Source: Fibrobacter sp. (GTDB taxonomy: Bacteria; Fibrobacterota; Fibrobacteria; Fibrobacterales; Fibrobacteraceae). Taken from it: a DNA stretch of 64,000 bases. Position 1 is the stretch's first letter, and the number at the start of each line of letters is the position of its first letter. Below the pieces are notes generated by a model. The model was not told the DNA's origin and made no database searches. It saw nothing but the letters and a program-made list of their open reading frames with translations. The stretch spans positions 3,558-67,557 of the forward strand of contig JAKSIM010000001.1 in the NCBI GenBank assembly GCA_024398845.1, read 5' to 3'. Positions 49,616 through 59,248 of the stretch are shown piece by piece. The position numbers and the translations under genes were made by a program.

Positions 49616-50056
49616 TTACCGTTTTCTTGGGCGGTCGGCTTCGCCCGGCAATAATTGGCCGGGACTTGTGCGATCTGCATCGCGACCCGTAAAGTTCGGG
49701 TTGTACTGTTTGATTTTTGCCTTTTTGGCTTCACCTTGCAGTTCGATCATGTGGGTTTCCCACTCCTGCATGGCATTGTCCAAATCGGCGCGCGCCTGAA
49801 GCATAAGGTCGCGCAGTTGCATAAGTTCAAGCATCTGCTCGCGCTTCATAATCCACAGTTCTTCTTCTTCGGGCATGCGCTCTATATTAAAGAGCAAGTT
49901 CAAATACTTGGACTCGGCGTCGGCATAGGCCTCGTAGGTATCCTTGTACACCATATAGCGGTCATCGACCATCGTCTGTTGCGGAGATGGGTGGCTTGTA
50001 CAACCAGCTAAAAGGAATGCCGAAAAAAAGAGAGAAGCAACAGTTGTGTAACGCAT
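49616..50056 (-). CDS. hypothetical coiled-coil lipoprotein
   Basis: Lipobox LLAGC. Confidence 0.7.
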   Translation of the reverse strand: MRYTTVASLFFSAFLLAGCTSHPSPQQTMVDDRYMVYKDTYEAYADAESKYLNLLFNIERMPEEEELWIMKREQMLELMQLRDLMLQARADLDNAMQEWETHMIELQGEAKKAKIKQYNPNFTGRDADRTSPGQLLPGEADRPRKR

Positions 50057-50077
50057 AGAATCTAATCTACAAAATCT

Positions 50078-51001
50078 TTATTCCGCAGGTTCTTCGGCGG
50101 CGACTTTCAGGTTGTACAGGCGTTCGTTGGTAATGTGGCTTGTAAACTTGACCGTATCCTTGGTAATCGGGTGGACCATCGTATGCGTCCCGACCTTGAC
50201 TTCGCGTTCCTGGCAAGGCACGCCCGTTTCGGGGTCAATCATGACTTCGAATTCGGTATCGTATTCTGCCTTGTGGCCGGCGGTGTAAGCCTTGTACTTA
50301 TCGGGAATGATATTGCTATTCACGTGCTGTTCCCAAATGTAATACGGGAAGCTTTCCGTTTCGTGAAGGTAGACGATATAGTCCAAGCAGCGGCGGTGGT
50401 CACGGCGTTCAAAGCCCTTGGTCACCACGGAGTCAATTTTGATAAGGGCAAAGTTCAAGCGGCCCTGGTCCTTGAGCATCTGCGTCACATTCGCCTTTAC
50501 GGGAACGGTTCCTGTTAAAAGGTGGTCCATTTCCCAGCGGTGCTTTTCAAGGCGCCTCAAATGCGGTTTGTAATCCGGATTCAAGAGTTGCTTGCGCCAG
50601 CGTTCCGGCATCGGGATGTGCGCGAGGAGCGTATCGTATCCATCTTCAAGACCCGAGATATCGACCACTTCGCGGTCCACAGCCTTGGTGTTAACTTCCT
50701 TGACACGCCACACCAATTCAGATGGCATAAAGTTTTTGAGGTAGCCGCGGGACTTGTCGATAGTGTACTTGCGCTTGACTACAGTCGTATCGCCAACAGA
50801 CGAGTAGTTCAAGTCCACATACGCAGCCGTAATGGTCCCCATTTGCTCTTCGCCCTTCATGTCGATAGTCGCATAGTAACTTTCGGCATAAAGTTCTACA
50901 TCAACCGGAGTTGCAATCTTGTAGTTCACGGTGATTTCGGATTCACCGCAAGAGGCAAGGAGCCCAGCGGCCATGGCCAAGCCCAAAAACTTTTTAATCA
51001 T
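50078..51001 (-). CDS. hypothetical lipoprotein
   Basis: Lipobox LASC. Confidence 0.75.
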   Translation of the reverse strand: MIKKFLGLAMAAGLLASCGESEITVNYKIATPVDVELYAESYYATIDMKGEEQMGTITAAYVDLNYSSVGDTTVVKRKYTIDKSRGYLKNFMPSELVWRVKEVNTKAVDREVVDISGLEDGYDTLLAHIPMPERWRKQLLNPDYKPHLRRLEKHRWEMDHLLTGTVPVKANVTQMLKDQGRLNFALIKIDSVVTKGFERRDHRRCLDYIVYLHETESFPYYIWEQHVNSNIIPDKYKAYTAGHKAEYDTEFEVMIDPETGVPCQEREVKVGTHTMVHPITKDTVKFTSHITNERLYNLKVAAEEPAE

Positions 51002-51029
51002 CAATTTATCCAATCAAATAATATTTGTG

Positions 51030-51476
51030 TTACTTATTTGTCGTAAGCGAAAGTTGCTTAGTCGCAAGTACTTTGCCGCCCGTCGTGACTTCGACCACGA
51101 TAGTACCGGCATGCTTTTGCTTGGTCATATCGCGAGCGGTCAGGTACTGACCATGCTTGGTACGGCCCTGCAAGGTGTAGGAGCTCATTTTCTCGGTCAC
51201 GTGAGCTTCATGACTCCAAATTTTTTCACCTTTGTTCGCCAAAGTACCTTCGTAAAAGGCAATTTCAAGATTTTCAAAATCGAATCCGGTTCCATAGCGG
51301 AACTGAATAATCAACTGGTCCGTCAGGTCGAACGTACTCGACGTATCGGCTACAACCTGAGAGCCTGTATTCCATTCACGACCGCACACCAGGGATGGTT
51401 CTTCGCTAACACAACCGGCAAGCAGCGTGGTTAGAGTTATCACAGCCATAATGGCCAGCATTTGTACTTTGTTCAC
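51030..51476 (-). CDS. hypothetical lipoprotein (Ig-like)
   Basis: Lipobox LAGC; SD-like AGGAAGGA upstream. Confidence 0.7.
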   Translation of the reverse strand: MNKVQMLAIMAVITLTTLLAGCVSEEPSLVCGREWNTGSQVVADTSSTFDLTDQLIIQFRYGTGFDFENLEIAFYEGTLANKGEKIWSHEAHVTEKMSSYTLQGRTKHGQYLTARDMTKQKHAGTIVVEVTTGGKVLATKQLSLTTNK

Positions 51477-51495
51477 CTTATCCTTCCTTTTGTTA

Positions 51496-52053
51496 TTAGA
51501 ACCAGAATCTTAGGCCAATGCGGAAGTAGAAATCGGGTATTTCCCATTCTACATCATCGTCATCTTCATCAGCCCTAAGAAGTTCACGATCCCACCACAG
51601 GTAGTGGAACTCACCAACCGGATTCAATTCCAAGTAGAGTTGCAGCGGGATTACCGGGAATTCCCACTGGTAACCGCCTGTTACACCAAAGCGAATGGCA
51701 AATCCACCGTAATCCCAGTTACGGAAAGACTCTTCCCACCAGCCAATACCGCCGACGGGGCCAATATAAAAGCCCATGCGTCCAAGCTTGTCGGGAACAC
51801 TGGGCAGGTAAAGGTTCCAGTAGTACCCGAAGTAAGCGCCCAGGGAATTATCGCCGCTACTAAAGTAGAAATGGCCATAGATATCTATGACGGTCGTTTC
51901 GTCCATGCGCATTTGGAAATCAAGGCCCACATGTTCGCCAGGATTCCCCGCCTGGAGCCAAATGCCAGCTCCCATATTTTTGTTAGCGGCCGCGCCACCT
52001 TCGGCAAAAACAAACGCCGATAAAAAAGCAATAAGAATAATAATTTTCTTCAT
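51496..52053 (-). CDS. small outer-membrane barrel (DUF3996/BAPKO_0422-like)
   Basis: Signal peptide; FYIGPVG, IPLQLYLE, terminal GLRFWF; GGAGG SD. Confidence 0.65.
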   Translation of the reverse strand: MKKIIILIAFLSAFVFAEGGAAANKNMGAGIWLQAGNPGEHVGLDFQMRMDETTVIDIYGHFYFSSGDNSLGAYFGYYWNLYLPSVPDKLGRMGFYIGPVGGIGWWEESFRNWDYGGFAIRFGVTGGYQWEFPVIPLQLYLELNPVGEFHYLWWDRELLRADEDDDDVEWEIPDFYFRIGLRFWF

Positions 52054-52134
52054 AACGCCTCCGGCACGCTAAATTAGCAAATGCGCATGTAAAATGGCAT
52101 AAACATGCCTTTTTAGTACGACAAAATGGCCGTT

Positions 52135-53427
52135 TTAACGAGACAAAACGAACATCATTTCGAGGTGCGGTGTTTGCGGATAAAAAGCAAAGCCTTCGGC
52201 ACGCTTAAGCGCAAAGCCAGCCTGGGCAAATTTAGCGTAGTCGCGAGCCAAGGTCACCGGGTCGCAAGATACGTAAATCAGCCGGTTTACGGAACTTTTC
52301 ACAATGGCTTCCAAGGCTTCCTTCGGGAGGCCCGTGCGGGGCGGGTCCACAATGAGCGTCGCCGGGACGTCCACCACGTTTTGTGCGAGCCATTCTTCGG
52401 CCGGGGCAGAGACGTTTTCTACAGGGAGCGATTCCCGCAAATTGGGCAGAGTTGCGCACGTTACAGACAAATTAACATTCGCGTGTTTGAGGCAACCTTC
52501 GTCACGTTCCACCGTTGTAATGCGCTTGAACTTGTCTTGCAAAAGGGAAGCAAAAAAGCCGACCCCGCTAAAGAGGTCAATGAGCCATTCGTCGCTCGCT
52601 TCACCACTCGCAAGGCCTTCATCTACGGCTGTACGTACGGAATTCACAAGTTCCGGCAAAAGTCCGAGATTGCTTTGAAAAAACACGCTCGCGTCGCTCT
52701 CGATTTTGCGACCGCCAATGTCCACAACGCTCACCGCATGCTTTTTGAAATCTGCGGCAGACATGCCCCTGTAAAAATAGCTGACCTCGCCCGCGCCGTT
52801 ATCAAAAACGTTCAATTCGTTGGCACGAATTTCACGGGCAGGTCCTTTTAAAAATTCGTTCAAGGCGGGCGTCAAAACCGGGCACTGGTCAAAGGGAATC
52901 ACCTTGTTGGATTCCTGAATCCGGAAGCCAAAACTGCGGGTTTCGCGGGAATCACGAGTTTGCGAATCACGAGTTTGCAAATCACGAGTTTGCGAATCGC
53001 GGGAACGTGAGTTGCGGGAATGTGAGTCACGGGAGTCGCAGGCCACCACGCGGGCGCGGTTTCTGTAGCCCCACGGGTTCCCTACATGGATTTTAAAATC
53101 CCCCGGAAGTTCTGCATGAGCCAAGCGCTTGAAATTTTCGCGTTCCACTCGCTCCAAATACTCTACTTGCTTTTCGCTTGCGAGGTGTTGCAGGCTGCAA
53201 CCGCCACAACGGCCATAAAGCGGGCACCTGGGCTTTACGCGGTCCGGACTCGCTTCCAAAACGGCTTCGACAACACCGCGTGTAAAATCCTTCTTTTGGA
53301 ACGTAAGGCGCACCTTGCAAAGTTCACCGGGGAGCGCCCTCGAAACAAAGCAAACGCGACCATCGGGGAGGCGGGCCATGCCATCGCCACCCTGCACCAT
53401 TTTCTCTATCCGCAGTTCCATAGTCAT
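52135..53427 (-). CDS. TRAM-domain class I SAM-dependent RNA m5U methyltransferase (RlmD/TrmA family)
   Basis: CPLYGRCGGCSLQH, FFQSN, DLFSGVG, VDPPRTGL, YVSCDPVTLARD, FYPQTPHLE. Confidence 0.92.
   Translation of the reverse strand: MTMELRIEKMVQGGDGMARLPDGRVCFVSRALPGELCKVRLTFQKKDFTRGVVEAVLEASPDRVKPRCPLYGRCGGCSLQHLASEKQVEYLERVERENFKRLAHAELPGDFKIHVGNPWGYRNRARVVACDSRDSHSRNSRSRDSQTRDLQTRDSQTRDSRETRSFGFRIQESNKVIPFDQCPVLTPALNEFLKGPAREIRANELNVFDNGAGEVSYFYRGMSAADFKKHAVSVVDIGGRKIESDASVFFQSNLGLLPELVNSVRTAVDEGLASGEASDEWLIDLFSGVGFFASLLQDKFKRITTVERDEGCLKHANVNLSVTCATLPNLRESLPVENVSAPAEEWLAQNVVDVPATLIVDPPRTGLPKEALEAIVKSSVNRLIYVSCDPVTLARDYAKFAQAGFALKRAEGFAFYPQTPHLEMMFVLSR
52949..53038. repeat. 15-bp tandem repeat inside the RNA methyltransferase gene
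   Basis: GAATCACGAGTTTGC x3 plus degenerate copies; encodes (RDSQT)n. Confidence 0.85.
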
Positions 53428-53560
53428 ATCGACCCCACAAGATAGCTTTTTGGGGGGCACTTTCAATCCTATAAATAGCGCCTTATCAGCTATTCTATCA
53501 TTTCGTCGGAAAACAACCATTTTACTTTTCAATAAATTTCTATCTTTGGGTTTTTAGCCT

Positions 53561-54619
53561 ATGGTTACCATCGTATTGCCAGATTCACTTACCGCAGCGA
53601 ACAGCAAGGAGCTGCTACGGAACTGCAAAAAGCAGCTCCATATGGGCGACTTGTGCCTCGACGGGTCGAATCTCAATACCATGGACTACAGCGCCGACGC
53701 CTTTTTCGCCCTTCTTGCGGAACTCGCCGAAAAAACGGGCAACCACCTGAAGCTCGCCCACTTTAACGACGACATCAAGGCGCACCTCAGGGATCTTCGC
53801 AAAATGGTTCCGCCCGCACGCCCGCAAAAAGGCACCAACAATGTTATAGAAATGCTCGGCGGAGTCGGTTTTGCAGTCATCCGCGAAGCCTTTGAAGTTC
53901 TCGTGCTCCTTTTCATGGCCATTTACTGGACTGTTTTTGGACCGTTCGACAAGGGCAAGATTCATTTTGGCGGTGTCGCCAAGCAGATGTTCAAGCTCGG
54001 AAGCGAAGCTCTTGGCATTTGCGTGCTCATGGTCGGCCTCATTTGCCTCACCATGGCCCTCCAAAGTTCCGTGATGCTCAATGCCGTCGGTGGCGGTTCC
54101 TACCTGGCCTCCGGTCTCGGATTCCTGATTTTTGCAGAAATTGGCCCGCTCCTCACCACCATCATTCTCTCCGGGCGTTCCGGCAGCGCCATTGCGGCAG
54201 AAATTGCAAACATGAGCGTTTGCGAAGAAGTCAAGGCTATCAAGTCCATGGCGATTCCGCCGGTACAGTACCTGGTGGTCCCCCGCTTTATCGCCCTGAG
54301 CATCACAACCCCGATTCTCTCGTTCTGCTCCTCGATTATCGGTTGCCTGGCGGGCTTCCTCATTGCCTATTTCTTTTGCGACATTTCTTTCTCTAATTAT
54401 ATGATGGGCATCCGTGACGGGATTGACCCCATGACGTTCCTCAAAAGTTCCATCAAGGCACTCGTGTTTGGGTGGATTGTGACGCTTATTGCCTGCAACA
54501 AGGGGCTCAACGCCCACGGCGGTGCCGAAGCCGTCGGTAAGGCGACCACCTCCAGCGTGGTGACCTCCATTTGCTGCATTGTTCTCTCGGACACCCTTTT
54601 CGCCTTCATTTTCTACTAG
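53561..54619 (+). CDS. mlaE: STAS-fused MlaE family ABC permease
   Basis: N-terminal STAS-like region; EIGPLLT, GRSGSAIAAEI, VGKATTSSVV. Confidence 0.9.
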   Translation: MVTIVLPDSLTAANSKELLRNCKKQLHMGDLCLDGSNLNTMDYSADAFFALLAELAEKTGNHLKLAHFNDDIKAHLRDLRKMVPPARPQKGTNNVIEMLGGVGFAVIREAFEVLVLLFMAIYWTVFGPFDKGKIHFGGVAKQMFKLGSEALGICVLMVGLICLTMALQSSVMLNAVGGGSYLASGLGFLIFAEIGPLLTTIILSGRSGSAIAAEIANMSVCEEVKAIKSMAIPPVQYLVVPRFIALSITTPILSFCSSIIGCLAGFLIAYFFCDISFSNYMMGIRDGIDPMTFLKSSIKALVFGWIVTLIACNKGLNAHGGAEAVGKATTSSVVTSICCIVLSDTLFAFIFY

Positions 54620-54627
54620 AGGTTCCC

Positions 54628-55410
54628 ATGGAAGAAATTCTCAAAGTCGACCATTTGAAGGCAAGCTACGGCAAGGAATCTATCCTCAAGGATATTACCT
54701 TTGGCGTCAAGAAGGGCGAAATCCGCATGGTTCTCGGGAGTTCCGGTTGCGGTAAATCTACGCTTTTGAACAACATTCTCAAGTTCATCAAGTCGGACTC
54801 GGGGACCATCACCTACTTTGGCAAGACTTTTGACGCCAAGGAGGGACTCGACAGCGAGACCCGCATGCGTACGGGCGTTCTATTCCAGAGCGGAGCGCTC
54901 ATCGCGGACCTCACGATTGCCGAAAACGCGATGCTCCCGCTCAAGCGGAGCATGCCCTACATGCCCAAGAGCCAGATGGAAGCGATTGTCGCAGACCGCC
55001 TGGAGAAGGTGCATCTGTTGCACGCGTTCCACAAGTATCCAGGCGAAATTTCTGGCGGTATGAAGAAACGCGCCGCCCTCGCCCGCGCGATTGCCCTCAA
55101 GCCCGAACTTTTGTTCTGCGACGAACCCTCGACGGGCCTTGACCCGGTGACCGCCCGTTCGCTCGACGAACTTTTGCTGGAACTTCGCGATACCCTTGGC
55201 GTTTCGATGGTCATTGTGAGCCACGAACTCGAGAGCATCAAGATTATTTGCGACCGTTTTGTTTACCTCAAGGATGGTTACGTCCACATGGACGGAACTC
55301 TGCAAGAGGGGATGCAGTCCGAAGACCCGATTCTAAAGCATTTCTTTAACAGGCAATGCCCCAAAGAAACCAAGTCAACGGACTTTTACAACTTTGAATT
55401 TATTGATTGA
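54628..55410 (+). CDS. mlaF: MlaF family ABC ATPase
   Basis: GSSGCGKS, ISGGMKKRAALARA, DEPSTGLDP. Confidence 0.92.
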   Translation: MEEILKVDHLKASYGKESILKDITFGVKKGEIRMVLGSSGCGKSTLLNNILKFIKSDSGTITYFGKTFDAKEGLDSETRMRTGVLFQSGALIADLTIAENAMLPLKRSMPYMPKSQMEAIVADRLEKVHLLHAFHKYPGEISGGMKKRAALARAIALKPELLFCDEPSTGLDPVTARSLDELLLELRDTLGVSMVIVSHELESIKIICDRFVYLKDGYVHMDGTLQEGMQSEDPILKHFFNRQCPKETKSTDFYNFEFID

Positions 55411-55422
55411 GTTGGAGATATA

Positions 55423-56349
55423 ATGGAAACCACCCGATCCGAAAGAATTAAGCTTGGCGCGTTTATGCTGCTCTGTGGAGTACTCATTTGCGTATTCCTC
55501 GGCTACGTGCTCAAGCGCTACCTGAGCGAACAGTTCGATAATTACTACACCATCTTTGACACCGATGTCAATGGTCTTTTTGTTGACGCCAAGGTCAAGC
55601 TGAATGGCATTGACGTGGGTAGCGTCACCAAAATTGAAATCAACGAATCGAACTTGAACCAGGTCATCGTCTCGTTCAAGGTTCACGAAGGTACCCCCAT
55701 TAAGCAGGGCACCCGCGCAGGCATGACCGCAGGCATGAACCTCACCGGCGAAAAGCAGCTGGTTCTTTCGGGCGGAAACTATAGCGAACCGAACGTCCCC
55801 GAAGCGGGCCTTGTCCCGGCCGCCGTGTCGACCTTTGACCAAATCACGAACCAAGCTTCCACCATCGTGGGCCACGTGGATTCCGTCCTCGTGAGTTTGA
55901 ATTCCGTATTCTCTGTCGAAAACGCAGAGAACCTGAATAAAGCCATCAAAAACTTTGAGGCAATCACCAACAATTTGAAACGTGTCACACAGGATCTTTC
56001 GCTCCCCATTAGCAACATGTCGAAGGCTGCCGCATCCATGCACAGCGTGATGTCGGAAATCGAAGAAGCAAAGATTGCAGCGAAGACCGCCGAGAACCTG
56101 GATTTGGTCAAGGCCAAGCTTGAAGCCATTGATACCAAAAGCATGAGCGACAGCTTGCAGCAAGCCATGACGGCCATTAGCCAGCTTTCTAAACGGATGG
56201 ACCTCATAATTTACAACAACCAAGATCAGGTTAGCGAAGTCATGACCGAACTCGGCTCCGTTCTCGAAAACCTCGACGAATTCAGCCAAAAAATCAAGAA
56301 CAATCCCTCGGCACTCATCCACGGCGAAAACCAGAGTCGTCGCAAGTAA
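55423..56349 (+). CDS. mlaD: MlaD/MCE family protein
   Basis: TM anchor; GLFVDAKVKLNGIDVGSV; helical tail ending NPSALI. Confidence 0.9.
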   Translation: METTRSERIKLGAFMLLCGVLICVFLGYVLKRYLSEQFDNYYTIFDTDVNGLFVDAKVKLNGIDVGSVTKIEINESNLNQVIVSFKVHEGTPIKQGTRAGMTAGMNLTGEKQLVLSGGNYSEPNVPEAGLVPAAVSTFDQITNQASTIVGHVDSVLVSLNSVFSVENAENLNKAIKNFEAITNNLKRVTQDLSLPISNMSKAAASMHSVMSEIEEAKIAAKTAENLDLVKAKLEAIDTKSMSDSLQQAMTAISQLSKRMDLIIYNNQDQVSEVMTELGSVLENLDEFSQKIKNNPSALIHGENQSRRK

Positions 56350-56358
56350 GGAGCCTTT

Positions 56359-56973
56359 ATGCGTAATTTCAAGTATTCTCGAATTTTGGCCATTTTGGCA
56401 CTCCTCGCCGCATTCGCACTCACCGCCTGCATTGGCGGTAGCGGCCCCAGCGAGCCCACGCGCTACTACACGCTCGCCCTCGAAGACATCAACATGCCTA
56501 GCGCTTCTGGCGAAAACGCCCCGCGTGTCCAGATTCGCAAATTCACGGTGGAAGCCGCCTACCAGCGTGCAAACATCGTCTATCGCGAATCCGCTTACGA
56601 CTTTATGTTCTACGATTTGGACCTCTGGGCAAGTCGCCCCGAAGTCATGCTGACGCAACTCGTAACAGCCTACGTTGACAAGAGCGGTCTTTTTAAGCCC
56701 GCCGAGGCAAAGCCGACTGTCAAGCCCGACTATGAAATCCTTGGCAACGTGAACGCCATTGAAGAAGTCGACGAAGGCAGCAACCGCTACGCACGCCTCG
56801 CCCTCACGCTCACGTTCCGCAAAACCGAAGCCGAAACCCTGTGGGAAGGACGCTTTGACGAAAAAGTCGCCATGGACGGAAGTGAACCGCGCCACGTTGC
56901 CGAAGCCGCCTCGAAGCTGCTTGCCAAGTATATGGAAGACGCTTTGAGCAACATCGCAAACGCAACCAAGTAA
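56359..56973 (+). CDS. PqiC-like ABC auxiliary lipoprotein
   Basis: Lipobox LTAC; RYYTL; WASRP; last gene of the MCE operon. Confidence 0.8.
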   Translation: MRNFKYSRILAILALLAAFALTACIGGSGPSEPTRYYTLALEDINMPSASGENAPRVQIRKFTVEAAYQRANIVYRESAYDFMFYDLDLWASRPEVMLTQLVTAYVDKSGLFKPAEAKPTVKPDYEILGNVNAIEEVDEGSNRYARLALTLTFRKTEAETLWEGRFDEKVAMDGSEPRHVAEAASKLLAKYMEDALSNIANATK

Positions 56974-57005
56974 TTTTTGGCAAATTAAAACCACGACTGC
57001 GGTTT

Positions 57006-57581
57006 ATGGGCAAAAGACTCTCTGAAATGTCTTTGGAGGAACTTTGGCGCTTGTTTCCCATATCACTTGTCGCCCCAAGCGGGCTTTGGGAAGCGCAATA
57101 CGCCGAAATGGAAGTGCGGCTCATATCCGAACTCAAGAGGCACTCCGTCAAAATCAGCCACATCGGGAGTACCGCCATCAAGGGGATTTGGGCCAAGAAT
57201 ATCATTGATATTCTTATTGAAGTCGATGGGGACGAAGTCGAGTTTCAAGAAGTCGCACGCCTCATTACGGGCATAGGATTCTTGCAAATGTCCGCTAGCG
57301 AAAAACGCATTTCGTTCAACTACGGTTATACCGATCAGGGTTTTGCAGACAAAGTTTACCACCTGCATTTGCGCTATGCAGGTGATAACGACGAACTGTA
57401 TTTTAGGGATTACCTAAATACTCACGCCAATGCGGCCAAGGAATACGAAGCACTCAAGCTCAGCTTATGGAAGCGTTATGAATTCAATCGAGACGCCTAC
57501 ACCAACGCCAAAACGGATTTCATTTCAAGAATAACCAAGTTGGCAAAAGCGCAAGCCCTGCAGAAACGAGAATCGCCGTAA
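57006..57581 (+). CDS. GrpB family protein
   Basis: HIGSTAIKG..AKNIIDI, HLH, FRDYL, EYEALK, YTNAKTDFI. Confidence 0.92.
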   Translation: MGKRLSEMSLEELWRLFPISLVAPSGLWEAQYAEMEVRLISELKRHSVKISHIGSTAIKGIWAKNIIDILIEVDGDEVEFQEVARLITGIGFLQMSASEKRISFNYGYTDQGFADKVYHLHLRYAGDNDELYFRDYLNTHANAAKEYEALKLSLWKRYEFNRDAYTNAKTDFISRITKLAKAQALQKRESP

Positions 57582-58809
57582 GCGAAGGGCCAATCGGGGA
57601 TCCTCCCGCAAGTTGGTACGCCATAAAACCAGCAAGCCAGGCGAACATATTCCAAACGAACAGCGAGCGTCTTTTTACAACCAATTTTTCGTTGTACCCG
57701 GCAGCGTTTTCGCCGCTACGTTCCGCGTTTTTGCAGCACCCATTCGCGTTTTTGCAGCCGCCTTCTGCGCGGCACACCACGTAACGAGAAACGATGAGTA
57801 CCGTGGCCATCGGGGCAAAAACAGAAGCGATTAAATACAAGAAATCCGTATAGCGTTCAACAATTCCAGAAATCGCAAGGAAGGCTCCCACGGCGCACAC
57901 CGATACGCCAACCCACTTGGCATTCAGCCTACTGTAAATCGTCCTGGCCGACTCCCCTGCAGAATACGCATCCAAAAATGTCGTCATCACCGTCGAAAAA
58001 ATGACAATGACAACACCCGCAGAGCCAAGGCCAAGTGCGAGAATCGCTCCCGGGAGCGTCGAAACAGAAGCCGCGGAAATCGCCATGCCAATCATATACA
58101 TCCAAAGGCTCGTAAGCGTATAAACCACAGCCGAAACCGCCGTCCCTGCCACAGGACGCTCCGCGTTTTTAGTGTAGTCCGCAATCAGCGGAAGCCACGA
58201 AAGCGGCATCGCCACAGACATTTCAAACACCACCCAAAACGAACCACCAGAAACAGCACTTGCAGAGATATTCGCCACATCTGCAGCATTTGTCGCAAAA
58301 TCTCCTCCAAAAAGTTTAAAGCTGAGTACAGCCATGAGCACCGCCAAAAGCACAAGCGCACAAGTCGCCACACGCAAAAAATTTTTGAGCACCACAAAAA
58401 TCCACACGGCCACAAGAGCCGCAAGCACAACGCACCACAAAGCAAAACCCGGCCCGGAATTTGCGCTGGCGTTGAAATTTTCAGAAGTTCCATTCAGCAA
58501 AGTGCCTATGGCCCCAGCCCCTTGCGAAACCATCACCGCAGTCCAGCCAACAAGTTGGAACAAATTAAGCAAAGCAAAGAACTTGGCGCCAAACCCGCCA
58601 AAAGTCCCGGCGCAACATTCCATTGCATTAACACGAGAACGAGCGCCAATCAGCCCAACGGCAAAAAGCATCAAGCCCCCGAGCAAGTGCCCAAGGACCA
58701 GAGCCGCCCCATTATGTCCTGATTGAATACCAGCCTCGATTTCAGCAACAGAAACCGCAGCGCCAAACCATACAGCACCATTAGCGAAAACACTTGTTCT
58801 TTCGCTCAT
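57520..58809 (-). CDS. cytX: putative hydroxymethylpyrimidine transporter (NCS1 family)
   Basis: WFGAAVSVAEI, QLVGWTAVM, MPLSWLPLIADY; TPP riboswitch upstream. Confidence 0.88.
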   Translation of the reverse strand: MSERTSVFANGAVWFGAAVSVAEIEAGIQSGHNGAALVLGHLLGGLMLFAVGLIGARSRVNAMECCAGTFGGFGAKFFALLNLFQLVGWTAVMVSQGAGAIGTLLNGTSENFNASANSGPGFALWCVVLAALVAVWIFVVLKNFLRVATCALVLLAVLMAVLSFKLFGGDFATNAADVANISASAVSGGSFWVVFEMSVAMPLSWLPLIADYTKNAERPVAGTAVSAVVYTLTSLWMYMIGMAISAASVSTLPGAILALGLGSAGVVIVIFSTVMTTFLDAYSAGESARTIYSRLNAKWVGVSVCAVGAFLAISGIVERYTDFLYLIASVFAPMATVLIVSRYVVCRAEGGCKNANGCCKNAERSGENAAGYNEKLVVKRRSLFVWNMFAWLAGFMAYQLAGGSPIGPSLTAILVSAGLALLPTWLFLK

Positions 58810-58811
58810 AT

Positions 58812-58916
58812 TACCTCCGCAGGCATTACCCTGATCAGGTTACCGGGTATTTCTCAGCCACTCCGCACTCACGGAAGAGAACCTCAAAAGGTCCCCTATG
58901 CAGCACCCCGAATGAA
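58812..58916 (-). promoter_or_regulatory. TPP riboswitch
   Basis: Minus strand GGGGTGC...GGCTGAGA AATACCC GGTAACCTGATCAGGGTAATGCCTGCGGAGG matches the THI-box consensus. Confidence 0.95.
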
Positions 58917-59151
58917 TTGCGGTCAAATATAAATAAAGACTCAGGAAAGTTTCAACGATTATTTTGAATCATCACAAAAACGTAACCAAAAAATAACAAT
59001 CGCTGGTAAAAATTCCCGAATAAACATTGAAAAATGTTTTAGCAACAAAAAAAAGGTTCAAAATTCGTCAAAAAAAAGAAATTATCACTCCAATAAAAAC
59101 ATGTCAGCTATACCATACTAGCAAAGGATACAAAGTGCAGGAATCACAAAA

Positions 59152-59169
59152 GTGTGATTTTCGTCACAC
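59152..59169. promoter_or_regulatory. CRP-family-type palindrome
   Basis: GTGTGA-TTTTCG-TCACAC, i.e. TGTGA-N6-TCACA, about 80 nt upstream of ATG 59249. Confidence 0.5.
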
Positions 59170-59248
59170 AATAATGTTTGTTAAAAACAAGCTGAAATTT
59201 ATTGTTTATTTTTTTGAATCATTTTTCACATTTAACGAGGGGAAATAT

